Made by a program: the position numbers and the translations under genes. From Podarcis filfolensis (taxonomy: Eukaryota): a stretch of 64,000 nt of DNA. Under the pieces are notes generated by a model. The model was not told where the DNA came from. It searched no databases and saw only the letters and a list, made by a program, of their open reading frames with translations. Below, one piece after another: positions 1 through 11,170 of the stretch. The first letter of the stretch is position 1, and each line of letters opens with the position of its first letter. Location: the NCBI GenBank assembly GCA_964270895.1, contig OZ185441.1. The stretch is one strand, 5' to 3'.

Positions 1-716
1 GAAATGTGTATATTCATCAGTCGGTCATCATGGCTGGGAAGTCTGCTTCATTCCAAGCCTCTCTTTCCCCTTTTTAGCTGATAGACTGTTTTTATTTGTT
101 TATTTTTACATTAATAATGTAAAAGTTGTACAAAGTGGTCTATATAATTCTCCTGTTTCCCATTTTATCCTCCCAGCAGCCCTGTGGGGTACTGTAGGTT
201 AGGCTGTAATGGGGGGATTTGGGGAACAAACATTAGGAGGTTTTAGCAGCCTAAGAAATATAAAATATGACATAATAATTTTGGGAGCAGGAAGAAGGTT
301 CCGAGGATTGTATTCAACTAAGTGGAACTGAAAGAGATCAATGGTTGTAAAAAATAATAATCAAAAAAAATCATGCCCATTGATTTCAGTGCATGTACAC
401 TGTGAATGACTTAGATGGAAACAAATCATACAACCCATATTGTGTCTGTAGGAATTCATGGAAGTAAAATACGGTACGGTGATAATACTACGATTTCCAA
501 CCAAATCATCATCATCAAAAGAAGAAAAAAATATGTTTATTTCATATCTCAGATTCTACAGATGCTAGAGACTCTTAAAAAGAAAGAAAGCTGGGAATAT
601 GGGGTTTATACTCCATTGGGGTGGCTGTTCTCTTGCATCTCCACATGGATGCTCATGTTTACCAGCTCTTATTCTGGAAAATCTTTTGGTTTTTGTAACG
701 CCATAACATAGTTCAA

Positions 717-732
717 ACACAAGGTGGTGGTA
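717..732 (+). promoter_or_regulatory. CSE / forward CTCF-like promoter site of gene 1 (ACACAAGGTGGTGGTA)
   Basis: CAC(A/G)AGGTGG-type motif recurs 236-279 bp upstream of all seven beta ATGs and resembles the CTCF core CCACCAGGTGGC. Confidence 0.7.
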
Positions 733-976
733 TTGCACAAGATAAAAGAAGGAAATTGGGGAGCAGCAGTTGCTCTCCTCGAGAGCTGTAGCCATTAGAC
801 AAAGGAATCAGCACAGGAGAAACAGCAGATCCCTATTGCAAGCCAGTCTTCAGAAATTCAGTAGGAATAAGCAGGACACTGTGTCACATTCAGAAGATAA
901 AGACAGTTAAGAAGAGACACGCCTTGGAATAGAGAAGAGGACAATGCCTTGCGTTTCAGGAGGAGAGGCTGGGAGA

Positions 977-3448
977 ATGGAAATGCACCTCAAGATCAGG
1001 CAAGTTTGGTCTTTTTCCCTGTGTCTCTGTGCATGCATAGCAATGTGTGAGTCTTTCCGCTATTCAGTGCCAGAGGAGGAGAAAAAGGGGTCTCTGGTAG
1101 CGAATGTGCTAAAAGATTTGAGAGTGGATGCAAAGGAGCTGTCTGCTCGGAGAGCCCGGCTGGTTTCTAAGAGCTCCAAGCAGTATTTCCAGCTGGATCC
1201 TCATTCCGGGGATGTGACAGTAAAGGACAAAATAGATCGGGAGTCCCTGTGTGGTCAGAATGAACCTTGTGTTCTACTATCTGAAATTGTGTTGGAAGCG
1301 CCGTGGCAGTTACACAGAATTGAAGTTCAGATAGAGGACGTGAATGATAATTCCCCCAAATTCTCCAAGAATCAATTCATTTTTGAAATACCTGAGCAGA
1401 CTCCTGTGGATATCAGATTCCCTTTGGAAAGTGCAGAAGATCCAGACAAAGGAGAAAATGCTGTTCAGAACTACACCCTTAGTCCTAATGAACATTTTAG
1501 GCTGGATGTGAAAAGTCACAGTGATGGTAGCAAATATACAGAATTGGTGTTAGAGAAACCGCTAGATCGTGAGGTGAATCCACAGATTTCCCTTATTCTG
1601 TCAGCAGTTGATGGAGGAATCCCAAAAAGAACTGGAACAGTGCAAGTAATCATTGATGTTCTGGATACTAATGATAATTTGCCTCAGTTTCCACAATCTG
1701 AGTACAAAGTGAAGCTAATGGAAAATAGCCCATTGGATACGCTGGTCACCAAAGTTGAAGCCACTGACAGGGATCTTGGTTCCAATGCTCACATCACTTA
1801 TTCATTCAGCCAAGTGCCAGAAAATGTCGTCAGATCATTCAAGTTAAACAAATATTCCGGGGAGCTTACTACTGCAGGAACAATTGATTATGAAGAAAAT
1901 ACAAATTATAAGATCAACATAAGAGCTACAGATGGAGGAGGCCTTTCTGCTTACTGCAAAGTCATTGTAGACATTGAGGATGAGAACGACAATGCTCCAG
2001 AGATTACCATCACATCCATCACCAGTCCCTTACCTGAGGACTCTCCCCCAGACACAGTGGTGGCCCTCTTCAGTGTCACAGACGTGGACTCTGGGGACAG
2101 TGGCAGAACTGCCTGCACCACTGAAGTCAACCTGCCATTTGTGCTCAAACCCACTGAGAACAACTATTACCAGCTGGTGACCCAACAGCCACTGGACAGA
2201 GAACAAGCCTCTGAGTATAACATTACTATCACAGCCACTGACAGAGGCTCTCCCAGACTCACTTCCACAAGAATACTTCATGTTGAAGTGTCAGATGTCA
2301 ATGACAACCCTCCAGTTTTTGAAAAGCCATTCTATCAAATGCAGTTAAGAGAAAACAATATTCCTGGTCTTCTGATCAATTCGGTCCATGCTGTTGATGT
2401 GGACACAGCGCAGAATGCCAAAGTGACCTACTCGCTTTTGCCTGGGAAGGTCAATGATGGCCCCACATCCTCTTACATCTCCATCAACTCTGAAACGGGG
2501 AACCTGTATGCCATCCGGTCTCTGGATTATGAGGAAGTAAAAGATTTCCATGTGACGGTGAGGGCTGTGGATTCAGGTTCCCCTCCACTGAGCTCAGAAG
2601 TTCAAATCCGCGTTCAGGTCGTGGATGAAAATGACAATGCCCCCTTCATCCTCTACCCTCTCCAGAATGGCACTTCCCCCTCGAATGACCTGGTTCCCCG
2701 AGGGGCAGAGACTGGCTACCTGGTCACCAAGGTGGTGGCTGTGGACAGGGATTCTGCGCAGAACTCTTGGCTTTCCTACCAGCTGCTGAAGGCCACAGAG
2801 CCGGGTCTGTTCACGGTGGGGACCCAGAATGGAGAAGTGACCACCCTGAGGCCGGTCAGCAACCGAGACAGCTTCAAGCAGAATCTGATTGTGGTGGTCC
2901 GAGACAACGGCCATCCTCCCCAGTCCACCTCTGCCACGCTCAGAATCCTTCTAGTGGACGGCTTCTCTGACCCTTATCTGAAAAGTGTGGCTCTCCCAAA
3001 GGAGGAAACCGTGGAGGAGGAAGACCCCAGCCTGACGATGTATTTGATCATCTGCTTGGCTGCCATCTCAAGCATCTTTCTCATTTCTGTAGTGGCGTTT
3101 GTTGTCATCAAGTTGCAGAAACGTGAAAAGTTCATAGGAACCTACAACTCTGCAGCCAATTTCCCAGTGGGACCTGATTCCCAGGAGAACTGTGTGGATC
3201 CTGGTGCTGGATCTCTATCCCAGGCTTGCAACTATGAGGTGTGCTTAGCTGGTGGGTCTCTGAACAGCGAGTTCAGGTTTCTCAGGCCCCTGTTTCCTGT
3301 TTTCTCTGTGGAGCCTCCTAACACTCAGCTGAATCCAAGGAGTTCCAATGATTCTGAAGGTGTCCCAAGTCATGCAGGTGAAAGTCAACATATCCTCCAG
3401 GTGAGAGTACCATTTGAATGGTTTAATTTCAAATTTCTCTCTCTCTAG
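977..3448 (+). CDS. PCDHB: Protocadherin beta-like large exon, class A (gene 1): signal peptide, 6 cadherin repeats, TM, short cytoplasmic tail; donor after 3400 or read-through stop at 3448
   Basis: Open 834-aa ORF (an in-frame upstream ATG at 944 also exists; 977 has agaATGG context and aligns with paralog starts). Cadherin motifs DxNDNxP, LDRE, DYE, AxDGG. Beta-diagnostic PFILYPLQNGTSP and GSLSQ.YNYEVCLAGGS..EFRFLRP. CAG|GTGAGA at 3400/3401. Confidence 0.95.
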   Translation: MEMHLKIRQVWSFSLCLCACIAMCESFRYSVPEEEKKGSLVANVLKDLRVDAKELSARRARLVSKSSKQYFQLDPHSGDVTVKDKIDRESLCGQNEPCVLLSEIVLEAPWQLHRIEVQIEDVNDNSPKFSKNQFIFEIPEQTPVDIRFPLESAEDPDKGENAVQNYTLSPNEHFRLDVKSHSDGSKYTELVLEKPLDREVNPQISLILSAVDGGIPKRTGTVQVIIDVLDTNDNLPQFPQSEYKVKLMENSPLDTLVTKVEATDRDLGSNAHITYSFSQVPENVVRSFKLNKYSGELTTAGTIDYEENTNYKINIRATDGGGLSAYCKVIVDIEDENDNAPEITITSITSPLPEDSPPDTVVALFSVTDVDSGDSGRTACTTEVNLPFVLKPTENNYYQLVTQQPLDREQASEYNITITATDRGSPRLTSTRILHVEVSDVNDNPPVFEKPFYQMQLRENNIPGLLINSVHAVDVDTAQNAKVTYSLLPGKVNDGPTSSYISINSETGNLYAIRSLDYEEVKDFHVTVRAVDSGSPPLSSEVQIRVQVVDENDNAPFILYPLQNGTSPSNDLVPRGAETGYLVTKVVAVDRDSAQNSWLSYQLLKATEPGLFTVGTQNGEVTTLRPVSNRDSFKQNLIVVVRDNGHPPQSTSATLRILLVDGFSDPYLKSVALPKEETVEEEDPSLTMYLIICLAAISSIFLISVVAFVVIKLQKREKFIGTYNSAANFPVGPDSQENCVDPGAGSLSQACNYEVCLAGGSLNSEFRFLRPLFPVFSVEPPNTQLNPRSSNDSEGVPSHAGESQHILQVRVPFEWFNFKFLSL

Positions 3449-3559
3449 TTTGATAATAATGTTTATTAAATCTTCAATTTTACATTTTCAAATAAGCCTT
3501 TAAAATATCCCATGACTTCCCTTCTCCTTTCATGATTCACTTTTCATATCCCTGTTTTA

Positions 3560-4160
3560 CTATAAGCATTCAAAAAAAATTCCACTTTTTCCTCCATCAA
3601 AAATTATTTTCTCTATTGAAATTATCTTAGTGCTGCCAGTGTTTTAAGCTGTATACAGTCATTTTTCATATATTCAGTAAATGTTTTCCACTCTTCTTTA
3701 AAAGTATGTTCGTCTTGCTCTCTTATTCTATGTGCTAAATCTGAACGTTCTGCATTTTCTGTCAACTTCAGTTGCCAATCCTCTTTAGTTGGGACCTTGC
3801 TCACTTTCCATTTTGGGGCTAAGAAAGCACAGACCCCAATTGTTGCATACATAAATAACCTTTTCTGACACCTAGGAATTTTAGTTTGGGGTTTTCCCAA
3901 CAAAAAGGACTCTGGTGTGTGTGTGTTTTTTTGTGTGTGTTTTTTTGGAAAGTAGTTTTAAACATTTTTTTTTCAATTTATTATATATCATTTCCCCATA
4001 TACTTTTGCCTTTTTACATGTCCACCACATGTGAAAAAAAAGTTCCCTCCGTTTCTTTACACTTCCAACACATATCTAATTCTGTTTTATAAATCTTAGC
4101 CAACCTACTCTGAGTTAAATACCAACTATTAATGATTTTCAAATTATTATCTTTCCATTA
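3560..4160 (-). mobile_element. 5'-truncated L1/Tx1-type LINE, ORF2 C-terminus (approximate ends)
   Basis: Minus strand reads WYLTQSRLAKIYKTELDMCWKCKETEGTFF(+1 frameshift)HMWWTC, a CCHC zinc knuckle, followed by LFMYAT...KWK..VPTKEDW...LKTLAAL. Confidence 0.8.
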
Positions 4161-4287
4161 ATAACCTCTTCTCCCTCTAGTTTGGTCCCCTTATATCTTT
4201 GAGGCACAAGTCTGAATTCAGCTGAGTGCAGGAACTCTGAATGCGCACTTGAAATTCTTCCCATATTTTTCCTGTTCAGTTTACCTG

Positions 4288-4950
4288 TGTCGTCGTATTC
4301 TGATGTTGTTGTTTCTGCCCTTGCATAGAGGGATATAAACTTTCATATTAATATTTTTGTGATTTGATGTGCTATAGAATAACTTCATAACCTCTTTAAA
4401 CTCTCTGTATGGGAGGCGGAGTGTCACACAAAAGCCGAGATGCAGGTTGCTTCCATAATCAGGTTCTCCCATAAAGAAGGCACGTGTTGCGGTGAGACCT
4501 GGCAACCAAAGCGTGCATTGTGGGTGGGTATGATTGGTTAGCCACAACACCCGATTGGTAGGTTCCTTGATGCTGGGTTTAATCATGCCAATGGGATGCA
4601 GGCTAAATGGATCAAGGGACCTATATATACGTATGCACATGACCCAGAGGTTTCTCTTTCGGTGCGTGCATTCAGAACACCCGCCCACCTCTCCCTACTT
4701 TTAGGGCTTTGCGCTTGACTTTGCTATGCCGTCGTGTGTCGTCTGTCGTTGGGACAGGAGCACGGCAGGAATTTTCCCACTTGGCTGATTGGCTGTTGCC
4801 ATTTGGGTTTCGCCTGCCACTAGTCGAACCAAAGCCTATGCAACCACTCAATAAAGTTGTGGCCTAAATTCTGCCAAAAACCAAACCAAAATTTGAGTAT
4901 TGTCTGAATTTATGTAAGGGGGAGGTTTGAAGGTCTGAACACGCAGTGAC
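4288..4950 (+). mobile_element. Probable solo LTR (boundaries uncertain)
   Basis: CpG-rich patch with CCAAT/ATTGG boxes (~4533, 4553, 4588), TATA-like ctatatata at 4621 and AATAAA at ~4850, in U3-R-U5 order; ACCTG repeated at both flanks. No clean TG...CA pair found. Confidence 0.5.
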
Positions 4951-5485
4951 CTGTTTATTGATCATTCATTCTTACTACTTAAAAGAAAGAAAGAAAGTTA
5001 TAAAGGGGGGAGGGGGCAGAAGTGAGGAAAAAAGAACACAGCTGTATATAAATTGGTATAGTGTTGTTATCCTAATACTTATGTAGATATTCATAGCCTG
5101 CTACACTCTCTGTGTGAAAGCCATATGGCACTTGCATCAAGCAATAGTAATCCTACATTTTCCAAGGCATTTTCCTTTCACTTTCGTCATTGTTTGATTG
5201 AGGTGGGAGGGAGGGAGATTGTTCCACAAGAGCACCATATGTGCTGTGCATCCTGAATTTCCCAGTATGAAATTGAATCTCATGCACAAGAGTGTAGAAC
5301 AACCACAGAATGAATGCACTGTTTTGTGATATCTGCACTCATTCAAATGGAAAAGAGGCATCTTCCTCGTAATGAAACAGTCTTCTGCTAATAGAGAAAC
5401 AGTGAATCTGAACCTTTCCTGTTCAGTGTAATGTGCACTGCATTCAGTGTTATTTACTGAATCTTGGTGGCTTTTCTTTGCTCAG

Positions 5486-5501
5486 CCACACGGTGGTAGT
5501 A
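5486..5501 (+). promoter_or_regulatory. CSE / CTCF-like site of gene 2 (CCACACGGTGGTAGTA)
   Basis: 246 bp upstream of the ATG, same orientation and position class as paralogs. Confidence 0.62.
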
Positions 5502-5731
5502 CAGGCAAAGACATGAACTGGAATTCAGAATTTTGTGAAGGAACTCACAGGAAGCCATGAGCAAAAAGGTGGCCGGAACAAAGGACGGGTGGCTGTCATA
5601 TGCGATAAAGAGATAACATAAAGTACAGCAAAGCCATCAACACGGCAGCATCAAATTCCTTTCTACAGCAGCAGAGATTATCATTGGATGATTGTCAGAA
5701 ACTTCATCTTTTGGCCAGAGGTTCTTGAGCC

Positions 5732-8188
5732 ATGGGAGACAGCTGCAGAAAGGAACAAGGTCTGTATTTTTTGCTTTTCCTTTGTCTTCCTGGAGCACTA
5801 AGTATTTCACTTCACTATTCTGTGCCTGAAGAAAAGAAAAGGGGGTCTTTGGTGGCTAATGTGCTGGAGGATTTGAAACTGGGAACAGGGGAGCTCTCTG
5901 CTCGCAGAGCCCAGCTGGTTTCTAAGAACACTAAGCAATATTTTCGTATGGATACCCATTCTGGGAATTTGTTGATAAATGATAAAATAGACCGAGAAAC
6001 ATTATGTGGCCAGACTGATCCTTGCTTATTACAGTCTGAAATTGTGTTGCAAAATCCCTTAAAAATCTACAGTATTGAAATCAAGATAGAAGATGTGAAT
6101 GATAATGTCCCCAAATTCTCTAAAAAGGCATTTGATCTGGAAATTCCTGAAAATGTCTCTCCAAATACACATTTCCCATTGGAATTTGCCCAAGATGAGG
6201 ACCTGGGGATAAATAACATTCAAAACTACACTCTCAGTCCCAATGAACATTTCCGGCTTGATGTTAAAAGTGATGAGGATGGAAACAAGTATGTGGATCT
6301 TGTTCTGGAGAAGCCACTGGACAGGGAGAAGGACCCACACTTTGGACTGACTCTCACAGCTGTGGATGGAGGGGAGCCACGGAGAACAGGCACAGTTCAA
6401 ATAAATATTGATGTTCTTGACATCAATGACAATTCCCCACAGTTTACTCATTCAGAATATAAAGTAAGGTTAAAGGAAAACAGTCCACGGGGCACTCTGG
6501 TCTCCAAAGTGGGAGCCACAGATTTGGATTTTGGCTCAAATGCACAGATCGCCTATTCATTCTACAGAGTGCCTGAAGAAATATATGATCTGTTTCACCT
6601 AAATGAAATCACGGGGGAAATCACCCTTTCTGGTCAGCTTGATTATGAAAAAGAAACCAGCTATGGCATGAGCATCAGAGGAACAGATGGAGGGGGTCTT
6701 TCAGGTCACTGCAAGGTCCTGGTAGAGATTGAGGATGTGAATGACAATGTCCCTGAAGTGTCCATCATATCCATGACTAGTCCATTGGCAGAGGATTCTC
6801 CCCTGGAGACACTTGTTGCTCTCTTCACTGTCACAGATCAAGACTCTGGAGACAATGGCAGAACCATGTGCTCTGTGGAGGCAAACCTTCCTTTTATGTT
6901 AAAATCCACTATGAATAACTATTACCAACTTGTGGTCGAAAGTCCCTTGGACAGAGAGAAGGTCTCGGAGTATAATATCACCATCACAGCCGTTGACCAG
7001 GGCTCCCCCAGGCTCACTTCAACAAGAATTATTAATGTTCAGATCTCAGATGTCAGTGACAACCCTCCAGTATTTGAAACGTCTTCATGTGAAATGCAGA
7101 TACGGGAAAACAATATTCCAGGACTGCTCATTGGCTCAGTCCGTGCTGCTGATCTGGACACTGAGAAGAATGCCAAGGTCACCTACTCCCTTTTGCATGG
7201 GAAGGTCACTGATGGCCTTGTGGCCTCTTACATCTCAGTCAACTCTGAAAGCGGAAATCTGTATGCCCTCCGATCTCTGGATTACGAGCAGATCAAAGAT
7301 GTCAAAGTGACGGTGAGGGCTACAGATGGAGGGTCTCCTCCCCTCAGCTCAGAAGTTACTGTCCGAGTCATGGTCATAGACGAAAACGACAACGCTCCCT
7401 TCTTCCTCTACCCTCTTCAGAACAGCACATCCCCCTGCAATGAGCTGGTGCCCAAGTCGGTGGAGGCCGGCTACCTGGTCACCAAGGTGGTGGCTGTGGA
7501 TGGAGATTCTGGCCAGAACTCGTGGCTTTCCTATGAGCTGCTGAAGGCCACAGACCCTGGTCTTTTCAGCATAGGAGCCCAGAATGGGGAAGTGAGAACC
7601 AGGAGAGCCCTGACCGAGCGAGACACCAGCAAGCAGAGACTCCTGATAGTGGTCAGGGACAACGGGCTCCCTCCCCAGAGCAGCACTGCAATGCTCCATG
7701 TTCTTCCCGTTGGTGGCTTTTCGGATCCTTATATGAAGGCTGTGGAGGTCAGTAAAGAGGAACACGAAGAAGATGGGACCATGACCTTGTATTTGGTGAT
7801 CTGCCTGGCTGCAGTCTCCTTTGTGTTCCTTGTTTGCATTGTTTCCTTTGCTGCCATCAAGATCTGCAGGAGGGATCCCAGGGAAAGTTTTATCGCTGCC
7901 CCTCCTCACTTCCCACCTGCCAGACCCGACATCCCAGAGAACTGTGGCGATTCTCAGAGCGGGTCTCTTTCCAGGAGTTACCACTACGATGTGTGCTTAA
8001 CCGGTGGGTCCTTGAGCAGCGAGTTCAGGTTCCTCAGGCCCCTCATTCCTGTTTTTTCTGTGGGGGAGCCAAACCTCAATGTGAACCAGGCCCCTCCGTC
8101 TGCTTCCCAAGATATTCCTAATCTGGTGGAAGAAAAAGAATCAGAGAAAAAGGTGAGGGATTATGGCAGTGAGTTAACTTGTGATTAA
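5732..8188 (+). CDS. PCDHB: Protocadherin beta-like large exon, class B (gene 2); donor after 8152
   Basis: 818-aa ORF with signal peptide, 6 EC repeats, TM and beta motif GSLSRSYHYDVCLTGGS..EFRFLRP; gccATGG start; AAG|GTGAGG at 8152/8153. Confidence 0.95.
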   Translation: MGDSCRKEQGLYFLLFLCLPGALSISLHYSVPEEKKRGSLVANVLEDLKLGTGELSARRAQLVSKNTKQYFRMDTHSGNLLINDKIDRETLCGQTDPCLLQSEIVLQNPLKIYSIEIKIEDVNDNVPKFSKKAFDLEIPENVSPNTHFPLEFAQDEDLGINNIQNYTLSPNEHFRLDVKSDEDGNKYVDLVLEKPLDREKDPHFGLTLTAVDGGEPRRTGTVQINIDVLDINDNSPQFTHSEYKVRLKENSPRGTLVSKVGATDLDFGSNAQIAYSFYRVPEEIYDLFHLNEITGEITLSGQLDYEKETSYGMSIRGTDGGGLSGHCKVLVEIEDVNDNVPEVSIISMTSPLAEDSPLETLVALFTVTDQDSGDNGRTMCSVEANLPFMLKSTMNNYYQLVVESPLDREKVSEYNITITAVDQGSPRLTSTRIINVQISDVSDNPPVFETSSCEMQIRENNIPGLLIGSVRAADLDTEKNAKVTYSLLHGKVTDGLVASYISVNSESGNLYALRSLDYEQIKDVKVTVRATDGGSPPLSSEVTVRVMVIDENDNAPFFLYPLQNSTSPCNELVPKSVEAGYLVTKVVAVDGDSGQNSWLSYELLKATDPGLFSIGAQNGEVRTRRALTERDTSKQRLLIVVRDNGLPPQSSTAMLHVLPVGGFSDPYMKAVEVSKEEHEEDGTMTLYLVICLAAVSFVFLVCIVSFAAIKICRRDPRESFIAAPPHFPPARPDIPENCGDSQSGSLSRSYHYDVCLTGGSLSSEFRFLRPLIPVFSVGEPNLNVNQAPPSASQDIPNLVEEKESEKKVRDYGSELTCD

Positions 8189-8844
8189 TAATGCCTTTTG
8201 CTTGGTTATTAATAACATCAGATGTTCTTCTTCCATTGCTCTTTGTTGATAAGTTATACAGTGACCAGAGAGATAAGGCTTCAGTTTTTAATTTTATTTC
8301 AAATCCTTGTCACAATTGTTTCCGTCTTACTCTACATCCTATTCTTCTTCATGTTCCTTTGTTCCCTTATTGTCAAGTCTTCTCTGTATCAAACGTAGCT
8401 CAAAATGCTCTGTACTAATTACAGTTGCTGCATATACAGCTGTGTGTACTAGAATATACCCCTAAGGTGTCTATGACAGCTTAAAACCCAGTTACATGCA
8501 CACAGGGGCCCTTTATGAGACGGGCTGACCGGTTATATAAATTGTTTATAGGGACTCTTGGTAGTTGCACCCCATTTGCGGAGTGGCCTCCCAATGCAGA
8601 CTTGCCCAGAACCATCTTTATGGCATTTTTGGTGCTGGATTAGGAGCTTTTTATTGACCCAGACTTTTAAAACAGTTTTCATTTCAAACAAACTCAATCT
8701 GGACTCTCATTGTGTTCTGTTTTGCCATTTGAACTGCTAATATGTTAAGGGTTAGTTGGCTGAATCACATGGTGTCATAATAATAATTAATTGGGGCAGT
8801 GGGGTGACAATAAGAATTAGCAGAGTGAACTGCCTTGTACTGAT

Positions 8845-8985
8845 GCAGACCAGTGGTGCTCTATCGCAGTATTGTCTACACTGACTGGCAGCTGCTCTCT
8901 GCCGACCTACCTAAGGATGCAAGGGATTGAACCTGGGACTAACTTCAAAGCTTATGGTCAACCAGTGAGCCATGGCTCTCTGATG
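8845..8985. mobile_element. Degenerate squamate tRNA-derived SINE remnant
   Basis: cagaccagtggt...gtattgtctacactgactggcagc...gggattgaacctgggac; related remnant at ~34900-35000. Confidence 0.45.
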
Positions 8986-9564
8986 CAAGGAGCAGGTCCT
9001 ACAGTGTTTAGTTGGAAAATGGCCTTACTGAAACTTTGAAGTGTAGGAAATATATGTCTGAGGAAAGTCTATGCTAAATTTGGGATAGGAAGGATAAGAA
9101 ATGGCTCATATTTAAGAAATTAGCTCTTTGACAAGGAACTTGAATGATGTGTTGACAGGTGCAGTGTGTTTTTCTTCCATAGACTTTGTTGGGACCCACA
9201 CTCCCCAGAATATTTCTATGTTTGTACTGTATTGTGCTTAATAGCAGAGTAACATATTTGTAGTTGTTATTAAAATGCATTGTTATGGCCAATGTTAGTC
9301 AGTGGGATTTCATAAGGGTGTCTCCCACACATGCTCAGTTTGTGCCTGCTGTGAGAAAAAGTTAAACATGTGCGTCTGTTAGGAGCAAAAATGAATGGGG
9401 ACCAAAGGAGATGAGAAAGATTTATAGGTAAGGGTCATAGCTATGGCACTTTGGTTAAGGATGATTTTGCTGAATCACCTTCCACCATTATATTGAGAAA
9501 TGGGTGTGGGCAATAAGTTCCATGACTCATTGTTTGGAAATGGTTCAGTGAATTGGCTGGAAAC

Positions 9565-9706
9565 TTGGCGCCTCAGCTTCAGTGTCTGTCCTTCCAGTGA
9601 GTACTTAGGGCTGATTTCCTTCAGAATGGAGAGGTTTGATCTTCTTGCAGTCCATGGGACTCTCAGGAGTCTCCTCCAGCACCATAATTCAAAAGCATCA
9701 ATTCTT
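9565..9706 (-). mobile_element. Bov-B (RTE) LINE fragment
   Basis: Minus strand encodes RIDAFELWCWRRLLRVPWTARRSNLSILKEISP, the Bov-B ORF C-terminal region; near-identical to part of 54070-54461. Confidence 0.88.
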
Positions 9707-11154
9707 CCCAAGTATGCCTTAGCTGCATATAAATCCTACAACCCATATATGGTTCCCATTTTAACGCTTTTCTGATCAGCAGCCAGCAGGTGTGCCAACT
9801 CTATAGGGCCAAGGGGTCTTCTGCCCCCTCAAAATCTGTTGACAGGGGGCTAGACCCCCTCAATGTTTAGGGGGCAGAGGAAGTTGAGTGTGGAGCCAAG
9901 CATTGCGTAAATTCCTCCTGAGTGTGAGAGAGGTGGAGCTGCCAGCTATTGAAGCAGCACTACACTGGGCTCCATGCTTCGACTCCTCCTGATGATGCAA
10001 TGTTGTGCACGAACTGCGCATATGACATCACACACGAACAATGTGCACCCCTTGCATGATATCACACGCACTACATGTGTCATGTGCATGATGTCACACA
10101 CACGCATCATGCAGTGGTCCCCCTCAGTTTTGGGTGCAAGAAGGAAGGTTGCACAAGAGCAATGGCCAAGGACACAGGAACAAGAAGGGAGAAAAACTGA
10201 AAGAGGAGCAGGGGCAGTTTTAATCAGCAGAACGGTTTGAGTAAAGCATGGATGGAGGGATGCTGAAAAATCGTGGTTTTATGCAACAGCAGACATTAGA
10301 ATAAAGCAGGAATGGGGAAAAACTGAGAGGGGGAGAGTGGTGATTTTAAACAATGGCAGAGGTTTGAGTAGCCTGAGCAGGTGAGACCCTGAAGGTGGGT
10401 GAAGTGGTGGTTTAAACCAGGGTTTGACTACAGTGAGAAGGGAGTTGGGAAAGCTCTGTTGTGTTAGCTTTTTGCTGTTAGATTCTGTCTTGTCCCCTGC
10501 GTTGGTGGCTTCATAATTGGAGAGAAGGTGAAAAAGATGCACAGTAGCTGGAGGAAGATGTAGCAAGTTACTAAGGGAGTGGTTTGTGTGAAGGGGGTGT
10601 TGCACAATAGTAGGGGGGAGGCATGGATATGGGGAGAAGGTAAAAAGTGGATTACAAAGTTGGCTACAAATTGGGACTGCAGAAGAGGAGTGACCCCAGA
10701 AATGGAGTTGGAAGGTGAAAGGCAAGCTTAATAGTTGCATTGAGAAGGGGAAGCTCTTGGGCGTTAATGTTGGGCAAATGTAAAGGCATTGGCATGCAGA
10801 ATGAGGAAGGAGCACAGCCCCTAATATATAACACAGGTGAAGGGAATATGCATTCTGAAATATTGTGATTTTTGACAGTTGCTTGTGCACAGGATTTTTC
10901 AGGTGGGCAGGGGTAAGGAAAACACTTAAAGGAGGAAATAGGTAACATCTCACAAAAATGGGAAAACATGGGGTCTGTACATTTTGTTTCCTAACTCAGG
11001 TTCTATAAGTTCTAAAAAGAAAGGAAGCTGGGAATATGGGGGTTTATGTTCCATTGGGGTGGCTGTTCTCTTGCATCTCCACATGGATGCTCATGTTTAC
11101 CAGCTCTTATTCTGGAAAATCTTTTGGTTTTTGTAACACCATAACATAGTTCAA

Positions 11155-11170
11155 ACACAAGGTGGTGGTA
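11155..11170 (+). promoter_or_regulatory. CSE / CTCF-like site of gene 3 (ACACAAGGTGGTGGTA)
   Basis: Identical to the gene 1 site; 261 bp upstream of the ATG. Confidence 0.7.

Noticed and set aside
2724-2740. Exonic CACCAAGGTGGTGGC resembling the beta promoter motif, present in every beta exon (gamma exons have CACTAAGGTGGTGGC)
   Set aside because: Encodes the conserved VTKVVA peptide and fits the CTCF core poorly on its 5' side; explained by coding constraint.
3375-3383. Second donor-like CAG|GTGAAA 23 nt upstream of the main donor in genes 1, 3 and 7
   Set aside because: Weaker consensus, phase 1 (out of frame with the other donors) and shared only through conversion.
7349-7984. 211-aa minus-strand ORF recurring at 16012-16647 and 25802-26437 (and similar repeated short ORFs in the A and gamma genes)
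   Set aside because: Antisense shadows of GC-rich Pcdh coding sequence; they recur only because the sense exons are homogenised.
10279-10953. 224-aa minus-strand ORF
   Set aside because: Composition (L/P/H/S/F-rich) follows purine-rich strand bias; no recognisable domain.
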